From Candidatus Hydrogenedentota bacterium (GTDB lineage Bacteria; Hydrogenedentota; Hydrogenedentia; Hydrogenedentales; SLHB01), in assembly GCA_045863295.1 (NCBI GenBank), contig BTWA01000036.1, forward strand, positions 1 to 63,239: a stretch of 63,239 bases of DNA. The letters are read 5' to 3'. Both the position numbers and the translations under genes were made by a program. How positions within the stretch are numbered: the first letter of the stretch is position 1; each line of letters opens with the position of its first letter. Positions 17,122 through 26,438 of the stretch are shown here, one piece after another. The notes beneath the pieces were generated by a model, which was not told the DNA's origin, ran no database searches, and was given only the letters and a program-made list of their open reading frames with translations.

Positions 17122-18654
17122 TCATCGCAATCGTTCAAGCACTTCGGCGGCCTTGGCTTCATAGACGGCCTGCCATTCGGGGGCGAGCAAGCATTCCGTC
17201 ACTTCGTAGCCGCCTTTCTCGTACTCTGAAGCGGGCGGGCCGTAGTGTATGTACCCGTTTGAATATGCGGCCATGTAGGTATGCTCGAAAGGGGACGCGG
17301 CTTTGACGTTTAAGCCAATCTGTACCAGCACTTCCGCCGGAGACGAAATGAAGACAAATTCGCCAATGCGCACGCCGAGTATTTCTGTGGTTATAGTGGT
17401 TTCGCCGGAGCGTTCGTTAATGGCTTGATGGCGACGCAAGGTCGCAATATCGTCTTCAATACTGGCCAGGATTTCCATCGAACGGATGTTTCGCATGTAC
17501 TTGTCCATGTGGGCACGGTTCTGCGCATCAATTTCGCCGAACTCGTCCGTCCCCAATGCCGCGGATTGCAGGTACTTGTATGAGTAATTGGAAGGGGTAT
17601 CCGGATCGTGTGTGTATTTGATGTACAGGGGTAGAAACGTTTCAAAATTGAGGCTGGTTCCTCTGAGATTGCGCAATAGAGCTGCCTGCTCCTCCTGCAA
17701 CGCCGCAATCTTTCGTTCGAAATCATTCTTTCTGGGTAAATCCAATTTTTCTGAAATGACTTGGAGCTTGGCCGGACTGGGGGTGATCGTTCGCCACGCT
17801 TTCAGGGTGCTCAAACCCAGCATCGTGCCGAGCGGTTCGGCGTCGCGGGGCCGGTTTACATCTTTGTAGTGCACGTCAGTAATATCGCCCCCTGCGCCTT
17901 GGATAAAGAGTGCCAGGGCGCCTTCGCCAAGAGTCTCTTCGATTACTGCCGACGCGAATCCCGGAAAATCGGCGGTTACTCCCCCGCGTGGAACGGTCAG
18001 GTAGGGGTGACAAGCGAAGTTGTATAGCACGGCAATAGGGTGACCGTCTGCCCGGTCGATTCTCATTACACCGATTTCCGGGTCAATCGGCCCGACGCCC
18101 TCGACTTCCGCGTCAGGCGGACATGGATTTGTGTGTCGTATAGTCCATGCTCTTCCGTTTTTCAGGCGAAGCGTTCGATTCATGGAGATACGATCTTCGT
18201 GCCCCGCCGCTGCTCCCACTTTGGCCTCTCGCATGGTGTCGTGTGCGCGCCGCACTGCGTCGAAGGTGCGGGCAAGTTGATCCTCCGGGCTGCACAACAT
18301 CTGTACCGGGGGATGATTGTGCGATGCGTTTACCAAAACGTGTGAGGCTGGTATTCCGAGTTCCGATTCAATTCTGGAGCGCAAGGCCGGCAAAAAGCCG
18401 TCACCCACTTCACCAATACCACCAATGGCGGTGACGTCCATTGCGATGATGACCAACTTCGTGGTTCCATCGTCCATCACCAACGCCTTTGCATACAAAG
18501 GATCGTTGATGCGCGCCCCATCGGCCGTTGTAGTGATGTCACTTTTTGCAACGCCTGCGCGCAGGAGGGGTTGCACCCCTGGCGTCTCTTGGGCGCACAA
18601 CCCTACGTTGAGCAAGAAATGCACAAATGCGAAGAATAGCGCCCTGCGAATCAC
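17122..18654 (-). CDS. Neutral/alkaline ceramidase-like secreted protein
   Basis: Signal peptide; 'LRAGVAKSDIT', 'DPLYAKALV', 'NASHNH', 'NFACHP', 'ADFPG', 'QGAGGD', 'YSNGYIHY', 'GGYE'; GTG start with GGAGG RBS. Confidence 0.78.
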   Translation of the reverse strand: MIRRALFFAFVHFLLNVGLCAQETPGVQPLLRAGVAKSDITTTADGARINDPLYAKALVMDDGTTKLVIIAMDVTAIGGIGEVGDGFLPALRSRIESELGIPASHVLVNASHNHPPVQMLCSPEDQLARTFDAVRRAHDTMREAKVGAAAGHEDRISMNRTLRLKNGRAWTIRHTNPCPPDAEVEGVGPIDPEIGVMRIDRADGHPIAVLYNFACHPYLTVPRGGVTADFPGFASAVIEETLGEGALALFIQGAGGDITDVHYKDVNRPRDAEPLGTMLGLSTLKAWRTITPSPAKLQVISEKLDLPRKNDFERKIAALQEEQAALLRNLRGTSLNFETFLPLYIKYTHDPDTPSNYSYKYLQSAALGTDEFGEIDAQNRAHMDKYMRNIRSMEILASIEDDIATLRRHQAINERSGETTITTEILGVRIGEFVFISSPAEVLVQIGLNVKAASPFEHTYMAAYSNGYIHYGPPASEYEKGGYEVTECLLAPEWQAVYEAKAAEVLERLR

Positions 18655-18909
18655 TCTATTGCCTCCCTGGAATTGTTCGTGGACTCAATGTCGAATTGCG
18701 CATGGGACTTCACAAAGTGTAGTGGCCCCATTTCGAGTGTTCAATTTTTCCGGGCCAAGCGAAGTGAGCATAAATAGTGTACAATGACCTTTGGATGTAG
18801 TGGGCATAGCGGCCGCGCAAGGCGCCGCGCAAATACAAGCTCTAAGGGCATACTCCAGTACAATGTCTAACTGTGCCCGTTGGGCAGTCAATCGAATGAG
18901 GAGAAAATT

Positions 18910-20574
18910 ATGCATGACATCAAGAGACTGTCGAGTGCGTTGATTTTATGTCTCATGGCTTGCCATCTGGCACATGCAGACCCCCCCAAGCCTGGCTCCA
19001 CTGGGTCAGAGTTGGTCGAGGGTCTGGCAACACACCATTTCCCGATTACAACGACATCCAAGGATGCTCAGGCCTGGTTCAATCAGGGGCTCGTCTTGCT
19101 GTATGGATTCAACCATGGCGAAGCCATTCGGTCTTTTACGGAAGCCGCTGCGCTGGATCCAAAGGCGGCGATGCCGTGGTGGGGAATCGCTGCATCCAAC
19201 GGCATGCACTTAAACGCGGTGGAAGTGACCGAGCCGCAATGGAAGGCCGGGCGCGAGGCCGCTGAGAAAGCGGTCTCACTTCTGGACGACGAGTCCGAAC
19301 TGGAGCAGGCGCTGGTGAACGCTGTGGAGAAGCGGACAGCCTGGCCCGTGCCGCCAGAACAAAGACCGTACGATGAAGCCTACGCCTCCGCCATGAAAGA
19401 GGTATATCAGAAGCATTCCGATGACCCACACGTGGCTGCACTGTACGCTGAATCTCTCATGAATCTTCAGGCATGGGATTACTGGACCGAAGATCTGAAG
19501 CCAAAGCTCAATACGGCGGAGTTCATCGAAGTTCTGGAAAAGGGGCTCAAGTCACATCCCGCCCACGCGCAACTCTGTCATCTGTACATTCACGCCACCG
19601 AGGCGGGTCCGGAGCCGGCGAAGGCCCTCCCGGCGGCCCATGCGCTTTTGACAAGCGTGCCCGCGGCGGGACACTTGGTGCACATGCCTTCGCACACGTA
19701 TGCGCGGGTGGGCAAGTACACCGAAGCCGTGCGGTCAAATGAGATTGCCGTGAGTGCGGACGATGCGTTCTTCAAGATTGGCACCGAGCCGGGCATGTAT
19801 TATGTTTATCATGGTCACAATCTGCATTTCCTAGCGTTTGCGGCGATGATGGAAGGCCAATACGTCGAAGCGATGGAGGCCGCACGCCGCTTGGAGAAGG
19901 CGTTTCCTGAGCCTGTTCTGGACGAGTTTGCCTTTCTCGTGGAAGGGATAGTACCAACCACTCTCCACGTCATGATTCGGTTTGGAAAATGGGAAGAGAT
20001 ACTGAAGGAACCCGCACCAGCCGAAAAGCGGCCCATGATGCTGGCAACGCACTACTACGCCCGGGGCATTGCACTCTCGGCATTGGGGCGGGTATCTGAA
20101 GCCAAGGAAGAAGTGGCGCGATTCGAAAATCAGATTAAGAACATACCGGGCGACTGGTTTGTGTTTGCCAATAAGATCAGCGATGTAATCCCAATCGCCC
20201 AGCATATGTTGGCGGGGGAACTGGCCTATCGCGAAGGGCGCTTGGATGACGCCTGGGCCGAGTTAAGCAAGGGAATTGAAGCCGAGGACAAGCTGCTCTA
20301 TGACGAACCGCCAGGATGGATGATTCCAGTGCGCCACGCCATGGGCGCCCTGCTCATGGAGTCCGGCCAGTATGCCCGGGCGGAATCGCTTTACCGGGAG
20401 GATCAGCGCGAGCACCCCGGAAATGGGTGGTCGCTGTTGGGATTGAAACAGGCCCTTGCGGCCCAGGGCAAGGACTCTGAATCGGCGCGTTATGCTTCCA
20501 TGCTCGACGAGGCCTGGAAACGCGTAGAAGATCGGCCGTCGAGTTCATGTTTCTGCGCACGGTTGGATAGTTGA
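18910..20574 (+). CDS. Secreted TPR-repeat protein of a conserved uncharacterised family
   Basis: Signal peptide; 'AQAWFNQGLVLLYGFNHGEAIRSF', 'HLYIH', 'GHLVHMPSH', 'YDEPPGW', 'HPGNGWSLLGL', terminal 'SSCFC'; GAGGAG RBS before ATG 18910. Confidence 0.78.
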   Translation: MHDIKRLSSALILCLMACHLAHADPPKPGSTGSELVEGLATHHFPITTTSKDAQAWFNQGLVLLYGFNHGEAIRSFTEAAALDPKAAMPWWGIAASNGMHLNAVEVTEPQWKAGREAAEKAVSLLDDESELEQALVNAVEKRTAWPVPPEQRPYDEAYASAMKEVYQKHSDDPHVAALYAESLMNLQAWDYWTEDLKPKLNTAEFIEVLEKGLKSHPAHAQLCHLYIHATEAGPEPAKALPAAHALLTSVPAAGHLVHMPSHTYARVGKYTEAVRSNEIAVSADDAFFKIGTEPGMYYVYHGHNLHFLAFAAMMEGQYVEAMEAARRLEKAFPEPVLDEFAFLVEGIVPTTLHVMIRFGKWEEILKEPAPAEKRPMMLATHYYARGIALSALGRVSEAKEEVARFENQIKNIPGDWFVFANKISDVIPIAQHMLAGELAYREGRLDDAWAELSKGIEAEDKLLYDEPPGWMIPVRHAMGALLMESGQYARAESLYREDQREHPGNGWSLLGLKQALAAQGKDSESARYASMLDEAWKRVEDRPSSSCFCARLDS

Positions 20575-20721
20575 CCGTTAATTGGCAGCGATTCGATACA
20601 TCATCCTTGCGCGTGAATATCGGGCGACCGAACGCGTGGAGGGATGACTTTCGCTTGCGGCCGTGGCATTAGAAGGTCTACCATGCTGGGTGGAATTGCA
20701 GCAACTGTCAGGGGAACTCAA

Positions 20722-21513
20722 ATGAAACCGCACTCCATCGGGATCGTGATGTCGCGCACCAGCAAGTGGGCGTATGGTGCTTTATTGGTTGGCCCTGTTT
20801 CGACGGTACTGGCGGTCTTCCCGCTGTTGGCCACGGCTCAGCCGGATGCCACGCCGAGCACGCCGGAGACTCCAAATGTTGTACTAAACGGAGAGGGGCC
20901 AGGCTGGCGCGCGCTGACTCAGGAAGATTTCACCAACGTGAATTGCGATCCAGACACATGGAAGTGGAATAGCGACGGCAGTATCTCATGCACTGGTACT
21001 CCGGTCGGCGTTATTCGCACGAAAAACAAAGTCGCGAACTTTGAGCTGGTTGTTAATTGGCGTCACCTCAAATCTGCCGGCAATTCGGGGGTGTTTGTAT
21101 GGGTAACCGAAGAATCAGTAGCAAACCTGGAACGCGGTAAGCTGCCACACGGAATAGAAGTCCAGATTCTAGACCACGGTTATGCGGCGGAATACGAGAA
21201 GCAGACAGGCAAGAAAGGCGATTGGTTTTCTACAAACGGCGACGTGTTCCCCGTAGGAGTGTCCAAGATGACGCCATTTCCGCCGCTATCCCCCAATGGC
21301 GAACGGAGCTTTCCTTCAAAGAATCTCAGCAAAGGCCACGGCGAGTGGAACCATTATTATATTCGTGCGATCAACGGTGAAGTGCGGCTTTGGGTGAATG
21401 GCGAAGAAGTCTCGGGCGGCACTGGCTGCACGCCAAATACCGGATATCTCGCGTTGGAATCGGAAGGTTCCCCCATTGAGTTCAGAAACCTCCGAATTCG
21501 AGAACTCCCGTAA
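20722..21513 (+). CDS. DUF1080 / 3-keto-disaccharide hydrolase family protein
   Basis: 'NFELVVNW', 'GNSGVFV', 'GIEVQILD', 'GEWNHYYI', 'LWVNG', 'GYLALESEG..IEFRNLRIREL'. Confidence 0.88.
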   Translation: MKPHSIGIVMSRTSKWAYGALLVGPVSTVLAVFPLLATAQPDATPSTPETPNVVLNGEGPGWRALTQEDFTNVNCDPDTWKWNSDGSISCTGTPVGVIRTKNKVANFELVVNWRHLKSAGNSGVFVWVTEESVANLERGKLPHGIEVQILDHGYAAEYEKQTGKKGDWFSTNGDVFPVGVSKMTPFPPLSPNGERSFPSKNLSKGHGEWNHYYIRAINGEVRLWVNGEEVSGGTGCTPNTGYLALESEGSPIEFRNLRIRELP

Positions 21514-21533
21514 GCACGACAGAGTTACAACAG

Positions 21534-21575
21534 AGTCGCGCCCTGTTTCATGCCGAAGCAGGGCGCGACTTTTTT
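21534..21575 (+). terminator. Rho-independent terminator after the DUF1080 gene
   Basis: AGTCGCGCCCTG / CAGGGCGCGACT 12-bp perfect stem followed by a T run, between convergent genes. Confidence 0.85.
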
Positions 21576-21597
21576 GTGACATAGTAATGAATGGCAG

Positions 21598-22323
21598 CTA
21601 CTTCTTCTGACTGAGCAGCCATGCGATGACTTCAGGATCCCCGTATGTCTGATCCCATGAATTGTGGTCCACTCCCGGGTATTCGGTATATTCGATCTTG
21701 CCTCCTGCTGCTTTGACCGCATCTACCATTTCCCTGGATTTCTCCGGAGCCACAACACTGTCGGAAGCTCCGTGATAAACTCGAATCGGGATTGTGGCTA
21801 GCGAGGCTGCTTTGGCAGGATCTCCACCGCCACAAACAGGCAAAAGTGCTGCGAAATATTCAGGGTGTTCCGCCCCGAAGGACCAAGTACCGTATCCCCC
21901 CATGGAAAGCCCGGTAAGGTAAATCCTGTTCTTGTCGATACTGTAATCCACCAGAGACTGATCGAGCGCGGCTTGAATCACATCATGACGGTTTGGCCAT
22001 ACCGATGTGACTGGGCATTGGGGCATTGCGACAATGCAGTGAAATCTCTCCGGATTACGGCGAATCGCACGGCCTATACCGACTTCTGTTTGCAGTAATC
22101 CGTCACTGCCTCGTTCCCCCATGCCGTGTAGAAATATTACCAGCGGCCACTCCTTCTCCGGTGAATAGTCACGCGGAACATACACGCTGTACGCAACTTC
22201 CGAGTTGCCCACAAGCGATGTCTTGTTGATAAAGCCGGTCGACATGGTTCCTTGTCCCGTAGTCATGCAACCCCCAGCCACGATGGCCACTCCCAGCGCC
22301 GCAAAGTGCATTTGCCTAAACAT
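21598..22323 (-). CDS. Alpha/beta-hydrolase (carboxylesterase/predicted peptidase), probable lipoprotein
   Basis: 'PLVIFLHGMGERG', 'RIYLTGLSMGGYGTW' (GxSxG), 'HGASDSVV', 'YTEYPGVDHNSW'; 'VAGGC' lipobox-like; GGAGG RBS. Confidence 0.88.
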   Translation of the reverse strand: MFRQMHFAALGVAIVAGGCMTTGQGTMSTGFINKTSLVGNSEVAYSVYVPRDYSPEKEWPLVIFLHGMGERGSDGLLQTEVGIGRAIRRNPERFHCIVAMPQCPVTSVWPNRHDVIQAALDQSLVDYSIDKNRIYLTGLSMGGYGTWSFGAEHPEYFAALLPVCGGGDPAKAASLATIPIRVYHGASDSVVAPEKSREMVDAVKAAGGKIEYTEYPGVDHNSWDQTYGDPEVIAWLLSQKK

Positions 22324-22366
22324 GGTTCCCACCTCCCTTCCTGCGGAAATCGGCTGCCTGTCCCCT

Positions 22367-23500
22367 TTACTCCGGCAAGGCCACGTGTTTCCACCCTTCC
22401 ATTCCAAATCGAAGATCGCGTTCCACAAACTCCCACACAACCAGTCTCTTGTGTTTCAATAGATCCGGTTTTCGGGCCAGTTCCTGCCTCACCAGAGTCG
22501 ACGCTCCGCCATCGCTGACAATCGAGGTCAGCGGCTGCTTTAACTCCCGGGCAAGGTGTGCTATAAACCCTGCCGACCCGGGTTCATCCCGCTGGTAAAT
22601 GCGTAGAAAACTGTCGCCCAATACAAGTACCTGCGAGTCCGGATCGTCGATATATGGTTGCTGCGAAGACGATTCGAAGACCTGTGCGCACTCCATCTGC
22701 TCCGGAGAGAATTTTGCCGCTATTCCCGGTACATCGATCATGTCAAGAATATCGCCCTCGCGCTGGACACTTGCGCGTCTCTCCTCGAATACGATGTTCC
22801 CCTCGTCTATCCAACCTTCTGAGAAGATGCGCTCCGCCACCAATCGGGCGGCCTCCCTCGCCCCCACAGGAGACCAGTGTGTATCACGCGCAAGATACAG
22901 GTCGAATGGAGCACTTCCCTTGTCTTTTCCACCCCATGCACGGAACAAGTCGACATGGTCGATCTGCAACTCGTCCAAGCTTTGCATGAAATCCGAGGCA
23001 TGCCGAAACACGTCGTCTCCTTCGTCTATTGAGCGCCGGCTGAGGTACTCCGGATAGATACTCGGTTTTCCAGGAGCTATTACCACAAGCAAATGTATGC
23101 TCCGCGCAGCGAGGGCATCACGAAAGGCAGCAATTGTTGTCAGTGCCGTTTCGTCGCCCGACGCCGACATCTGCCATGGCTGGACCAGAAAATCGATATC
23201 TTGTCGATAGTAGAGCCAATCTTCCTGACCGCGTACGGCCTTGGCTCCCAAGTCGTTTCCCAACTCAAATCGAAGCTGTTGGGTCATTGGCCTGAGCCAC
23301 CTTGCCGACCATGATTGGGTCTCCATCCGGGACTCAAAGGATCGCAAATTGTCCGCCGTAGGAACCCGATTCACGAGTTCCATGACCGTCGGAGTCTTTC
23401 CTTGGCTCAGTTCAATTGCGGCCTGTACAACACCCTCTATCGCAATCACGAACACGAATATCGCAATAAGGAGGACTTTGCTGTATCCGATACCGCTCAT
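22367..23500 (-). CDS. AlgJ/AlgX-family SGNH-like O-acetyltransferase
   Basis: N-terminal TM; 'GQEDWLYY', 'VIAPGKPSIYPEYL', 'DTHWS' (DxH), 'VLVLGDSF', 'VVWEFVERDL'; follows the MBOAT gene. Confidence 0.85.
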   Translation of the reverse strand: MSGIGYSKVLLIAIFVFVIAIEGVVQAAIELSQGKTPTVMELVNRVPTADNLRSFESRMETQSWSARWLRPMTQQLRFELGNDLGAKAVRGQEDWLYYRQDIDFLVQPWQMSASGDETALTTIAAFRDALAARSIHLLVVIAPGKPSIYPEYLSRRSIDEGDDVFRHASDFMQSLDELQIDHVDLFRAWGGKDKGSAPFDLYLARDTHWSPVGAREAARLVAERIFSEGWIDEGNIVFEERRASVQREGDILDMIDVPGIAAKFSPEQMECAQVFESSSQQPYIDDPDSQVLVLGDSFLRIYQRDEPGSAGFIAHLARELKQPLTSIVSDGGASTLVRQELARKPDLLKHKRLVVWEFVERDLRFGMEGWKHVALPE

Positions 23501-23508
23501 GGCATCTC

Positions 23509-24909
23509 CTAGAACTGAAAATACAGAAACGGATTGAATGCCTGCGCATGCATGTTTGCAATGGACAGGACAAACAACAAAATCAGCACTGCAACTCGCG
23601 GTGCGGTTATCTTTTCGACCCATTCATGCGCCTGAACGCCACACCATGTCAATCCCGCGCAGACCATCATAATGCCGATATTTCCACGAGTGTACAGGAT
23701 GGAATCCAAAAGAATGGAACCACCCGCCGCGGGCGAAGGTAGAAGTAGTGCATAGAAGTAGTGACCGGCGTCCGTTATTGTCGGAGACCGAAACAGGACC
23801 CACGAGAATAGCACCAAAACAAAAGTCAGGCTCGTACGCACCCAAGTTGGGAGTCCTGTATAGACCGGCTCTTTGCCCAGTCGTCTTTCTACTGCCAACA
23901 ATACCCCATGGTAGGCGCCCCAAATGACAAACGTCCAGTTGGCGCCGTGCCATAGTCCTCCCAGAAGCATGACAATGGTGAGGTTTACGTACGTCCTTGC
24001 CTCACCCAGCCGGTTACCGCCTAAGGGTATATACAAGTAATCACGCAAGAACGTGGACAATGAAATGTGCCAGCGCCGCCAAAAATCCGTGATACTGGAT
24101 GCCGTGTAGGGTGCATTAAAATTCTTTATGAATTCAAAACCAAACATGCGGCCCAAACCGACCGCCATGTCGGAGTAGGCGGAAAAATCAAAGTAGATTT
24201 GAAACGCATACGCTGCAATTCCAAACCAGGCATCCACCGTCGCAAGGGATTCGGTAGCAAAGACCGCATCCGCCACGCCGCCCATCGGATTGGCGAGCAG
24301 GATCTTCTTTGCAAACCCCAGGATGAACAAAGCGGTCCCACAGGAAAACTTGTCCAGTGTGTGCTCACGATGAACCAGCTGCTCTGCCACCGTATTGTAA
24401 CGGACAATAGGGCCGGCGATTAGTTGTGGAAACAGGGCGACAAAACATGCGAAATCGGTAAAGGAACGCACGGGCGGCGAATCGCCGCGGTATACATCGA
24501 TCGGGTAGCTCAGGCTCTGAAATATGAAGAAAGATATGCCGATTGGAAGTGTGATTTGAATGACAGGCAATGCGTCCGTTCCGAGGAATTGAAGCATTGA
24601 ATTCAAGTTGCCTTCAAAGAACATGAAATACTTGAAGAAACCGAGCGTGCCGAGGCTGATTGTTATGCTGGTGGCAAGCGCCCGCTTGCGCCGTTTTGAA
24701 CTCTCCGGTTCACGGCTGATGACAAGACCGCACACATAGTTGACGGCCGTAGCAAAAAACATAAGGCAGACAAACCAGGGATTCCACCAGCCGTAAAAAA
24801 CATAGCTCATGATCAGCAGAAAGAAATTGCGCCGAAAAGGAAACAGGTAGTAGATGAGGAGCGTAAAAGGCAGAAAGAGAAACAGAAAAATGTGCGATGT
24901 AAAGACCAT
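23509..24909 (-). CDS. algI: MBOAT family O-acyltransferase, AlgI/DltB-like
   Basis: 'MVFTSHIFLFLFLP', 'LPIGISFFIFQ', 'FPQLIAGPIVRY', 'QIYFDFSAYSDMAVG', 'FWRRWHISLS..RDYLYIPLGG', 'GLWHGA', 'NPFLYFQF'. Confidence 0.93.
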   Translation of the reverse strand: MVFTSHIFLFLFLPFTLLIYYLFPFRRNFFLLIMSYVFYGWWNPWFVCLMFFATAVNYVCGLVISREPESSKRRKRALATSITISLGTLGFFKYFMFFEGNLNSMLQFLGTDALPVIQITLPIGISFFIFQSLSYPIDVYRGDSPPVRSFTDFACFVALFPQLIAGPIVRYNTVAEQLVHREHTLDKFSCGTALFILGFAKKILLANPMGGVADAVFATESLATVDAWFGIAAYAFQIYFDFSAYSDMAVGLGRMFGFEFIKNFNAPYTASSITDFWRRWHISLSTFLRDYLYIPLGGNRLGEARTYVNLTIVMLLGGLWHGANWTFVIWGAYHGVLLAVERRLGKEPVYTGLPTWVRTSLTFVLVLFSWVLFRSPTITDAGHYFYALLLPSPAAGGSILLDSILYTRGNIGIMMVCAGLTWCGVQAHEWVEKITAPRVAVLILLFVLSIANMHAQAFNPFLYFQF

Positions 24910-24915
24910 ATGCCG

Positions 24916-25377
24916 CTATTGCACAACCTCGTTGGTCCATACGGCCCAATAGATGGGCGATTCCTCCTGATCCGCATACTTGTTGATAATTCCGGCCATG
25001 CAATACTCATCGATGGGCACTTCGAGTGCCAATCGATGAACGTCTCCGACGTGAAAAGCCGTAACATTTCCTCCCACATCATCCGCCCGCTGATCGGCGG
25101 CCTCGCTACGCGGCTTAAGTGGGTTGTAGTGCCCGACGAGTATGGATCCGGATACGTTTCCGCGATGTGTTTTCACTACATCGTATTTCATCACATAGGC
25201 GTAGTCGTACAGGTCATTAGGCGGAAACTCGCCTTGGATGTCGGTTAGGCGTGCCGTCACTTCCACGGTACCCACGGATCCAATGATAGGGTCCGAGCCA
25301 TCCGGAGGAGTCGACTTTCCGCACCCTAGAACGGTAATCATTAACAGGAATGCAATTCGTTTACGGCAGTGATACAT
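24916..25377 (-). CDS. Hypothetical lipoprotein
   Basis: 'RKRIAFLLMITVLGC' lipobox; beta-rich body ('LYDYAYVMKYDV', 'ILVGHYNP'); tightly packed between the TolB-like gene and algI. Confidence 0.7.
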   Translation of the reverse strand: MYHCRKRIAFLLMITVLGCGKSTPPDGSDPIIGSVGTVEVTARLTDIQGEFPPNDLYDYAYVMKYDVVKTHRGNVSGSILVGHYNPLKPRSEAADQRADDVGGNVTAFHVGDVHRLALEVPIDEYCMAGIINKYADQEESPIYWAVWTNEVVQ

Positions 25378-25378
25378 A

Positions 25379-26419
25379 CTATTTTCCAACCTCAGCATAA
25401 GTCCAGTCCGGCTCCCAACCTCTTTGAATTTGTATCACGGGACCATTCTTGGCATCCGGATGCTGTGTCCTCAATTCAATGCTTTCTCCACCAATCGTTG
25501 GCGCATCCGCAAGCCGCATAATGCACATGGGCGCACCGTCTGATTCCGATCCGCCTCCGTCCACAGGGCACTTTGTAAATAATACATAGGCACCGTCAGG
25601 AGAAACCTCGCCTCCGTATATGTGCACACCTTCCTCACCGTAGACGAGTTGCTGGCCAGTTCCATCACTGTTCGCCATCCATAGCTGCGTATAGCCATAC
25701 CCCTCGTTGACGGACTGATTCCCCGGCCGGGATGAATAGATCATGTGCTTTGAATCGGGAAACCAATCCGGCGTACAACTTTGAAAGACATGCACCGGAT
25801 TCACTTCTCCGCTTTCCGCGTTCATGCGCACGATATTCCAGGCAGCGGATTTTACATTGCCCGTTCCGCACAACCACTGGCCATCCGGCGAAAAAAACAA
25901 CTGCTGATAAATCCCATTGCGAGGCATCTCTTTCGACGTTACCCCACTTTCCAAATTCACAAACCGAATACCGCGCTTCTCCAGGCAGACCACTTCTTTG
26001 CCGTTTGGGCTCCAAGATGCCCATGTAAACTCGCCGTCCTCACCAACCGCCTTGGATTCACTCGCGTCGGGATTTGCAACCACGAGCCGTCCTGAGAAAC
26101 CCCACTTGTCATGGTCAATCTTTGTACCTTTCAGGAGTCGCCTGAACAGCAGTTGGGTGGAATCCGGGGAAAACCGGGGTGCAGCCTCTTCAAAATCCGG
26201 GGTATTGGTCAAATTACGCACATGCGATCCGTCCGGGCGGCTATAAAACAAATCCCAGGTGCCGTTTTCGCTTCGGGCGGAATAGACGATCCAACCCCGT
26301 CCGGAAATCTCTTTGGCGAGTGTTGCAACTGGATCTTGCTCCTGTGCACGGACAAGCCCGGGCAATACCAAAGCCAGTATCGCCGAGGTAATCATTGTAC
26401 GGGTTTTACGACATGGCAT
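25379..26419 (-). CDS. TolB-like beta-propeller protein (PD40 repeats), secreted
   Basis: Signal peptide; repeated 'PRFSPDS', 'ASWSPNG', 'FFSPDG', 'PDWFPDS', 'VSPDG'. Confidence 0.85.
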   Translation of the reverse strand: MPCRKTRTMITSAILALVLPGLVRAQEQDPVATLAKEISGRGWIVYSARSENGTWDLFYSRPDGSHVRNLTNTPDFEEAAPRFSPDSTQLLFRRLLKGTKIDHDKWGFSGRLVVANPDASESKAVGEDGEFTWASWSPNGKEVVCLEKRGIRFVNLESGVTSKEMPRNGIYQQLFFSPDGQWLCGTGNVKSAAWNIVRMNAESGEVNPVHVFQSCTPDWFPDSKHMIYSSRPGNQSVNEGYGYTQLWMANSDGTGQQLVYGEEGVHIYGGEVSPDGAYVLFTKCPVDGGGSESDGAPMCIMRLADAPTIGGESIELRTQHPDAKNGPVIQIQRGWEPDWTYAEVGK

Positions 26420-26438
26420 AACGGTTAAGGCTCCTGGT

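Noticed and set aside
18718..18865. Short repeats at ~78-79-bp spacing (TGTAGTGG x2, GTACAATG x2) and GCCGCGCAA x2
   Set aside because: Too short and only two copies each; not CRISPR-like, and more simply explained as promoter -10-like boxes or chance
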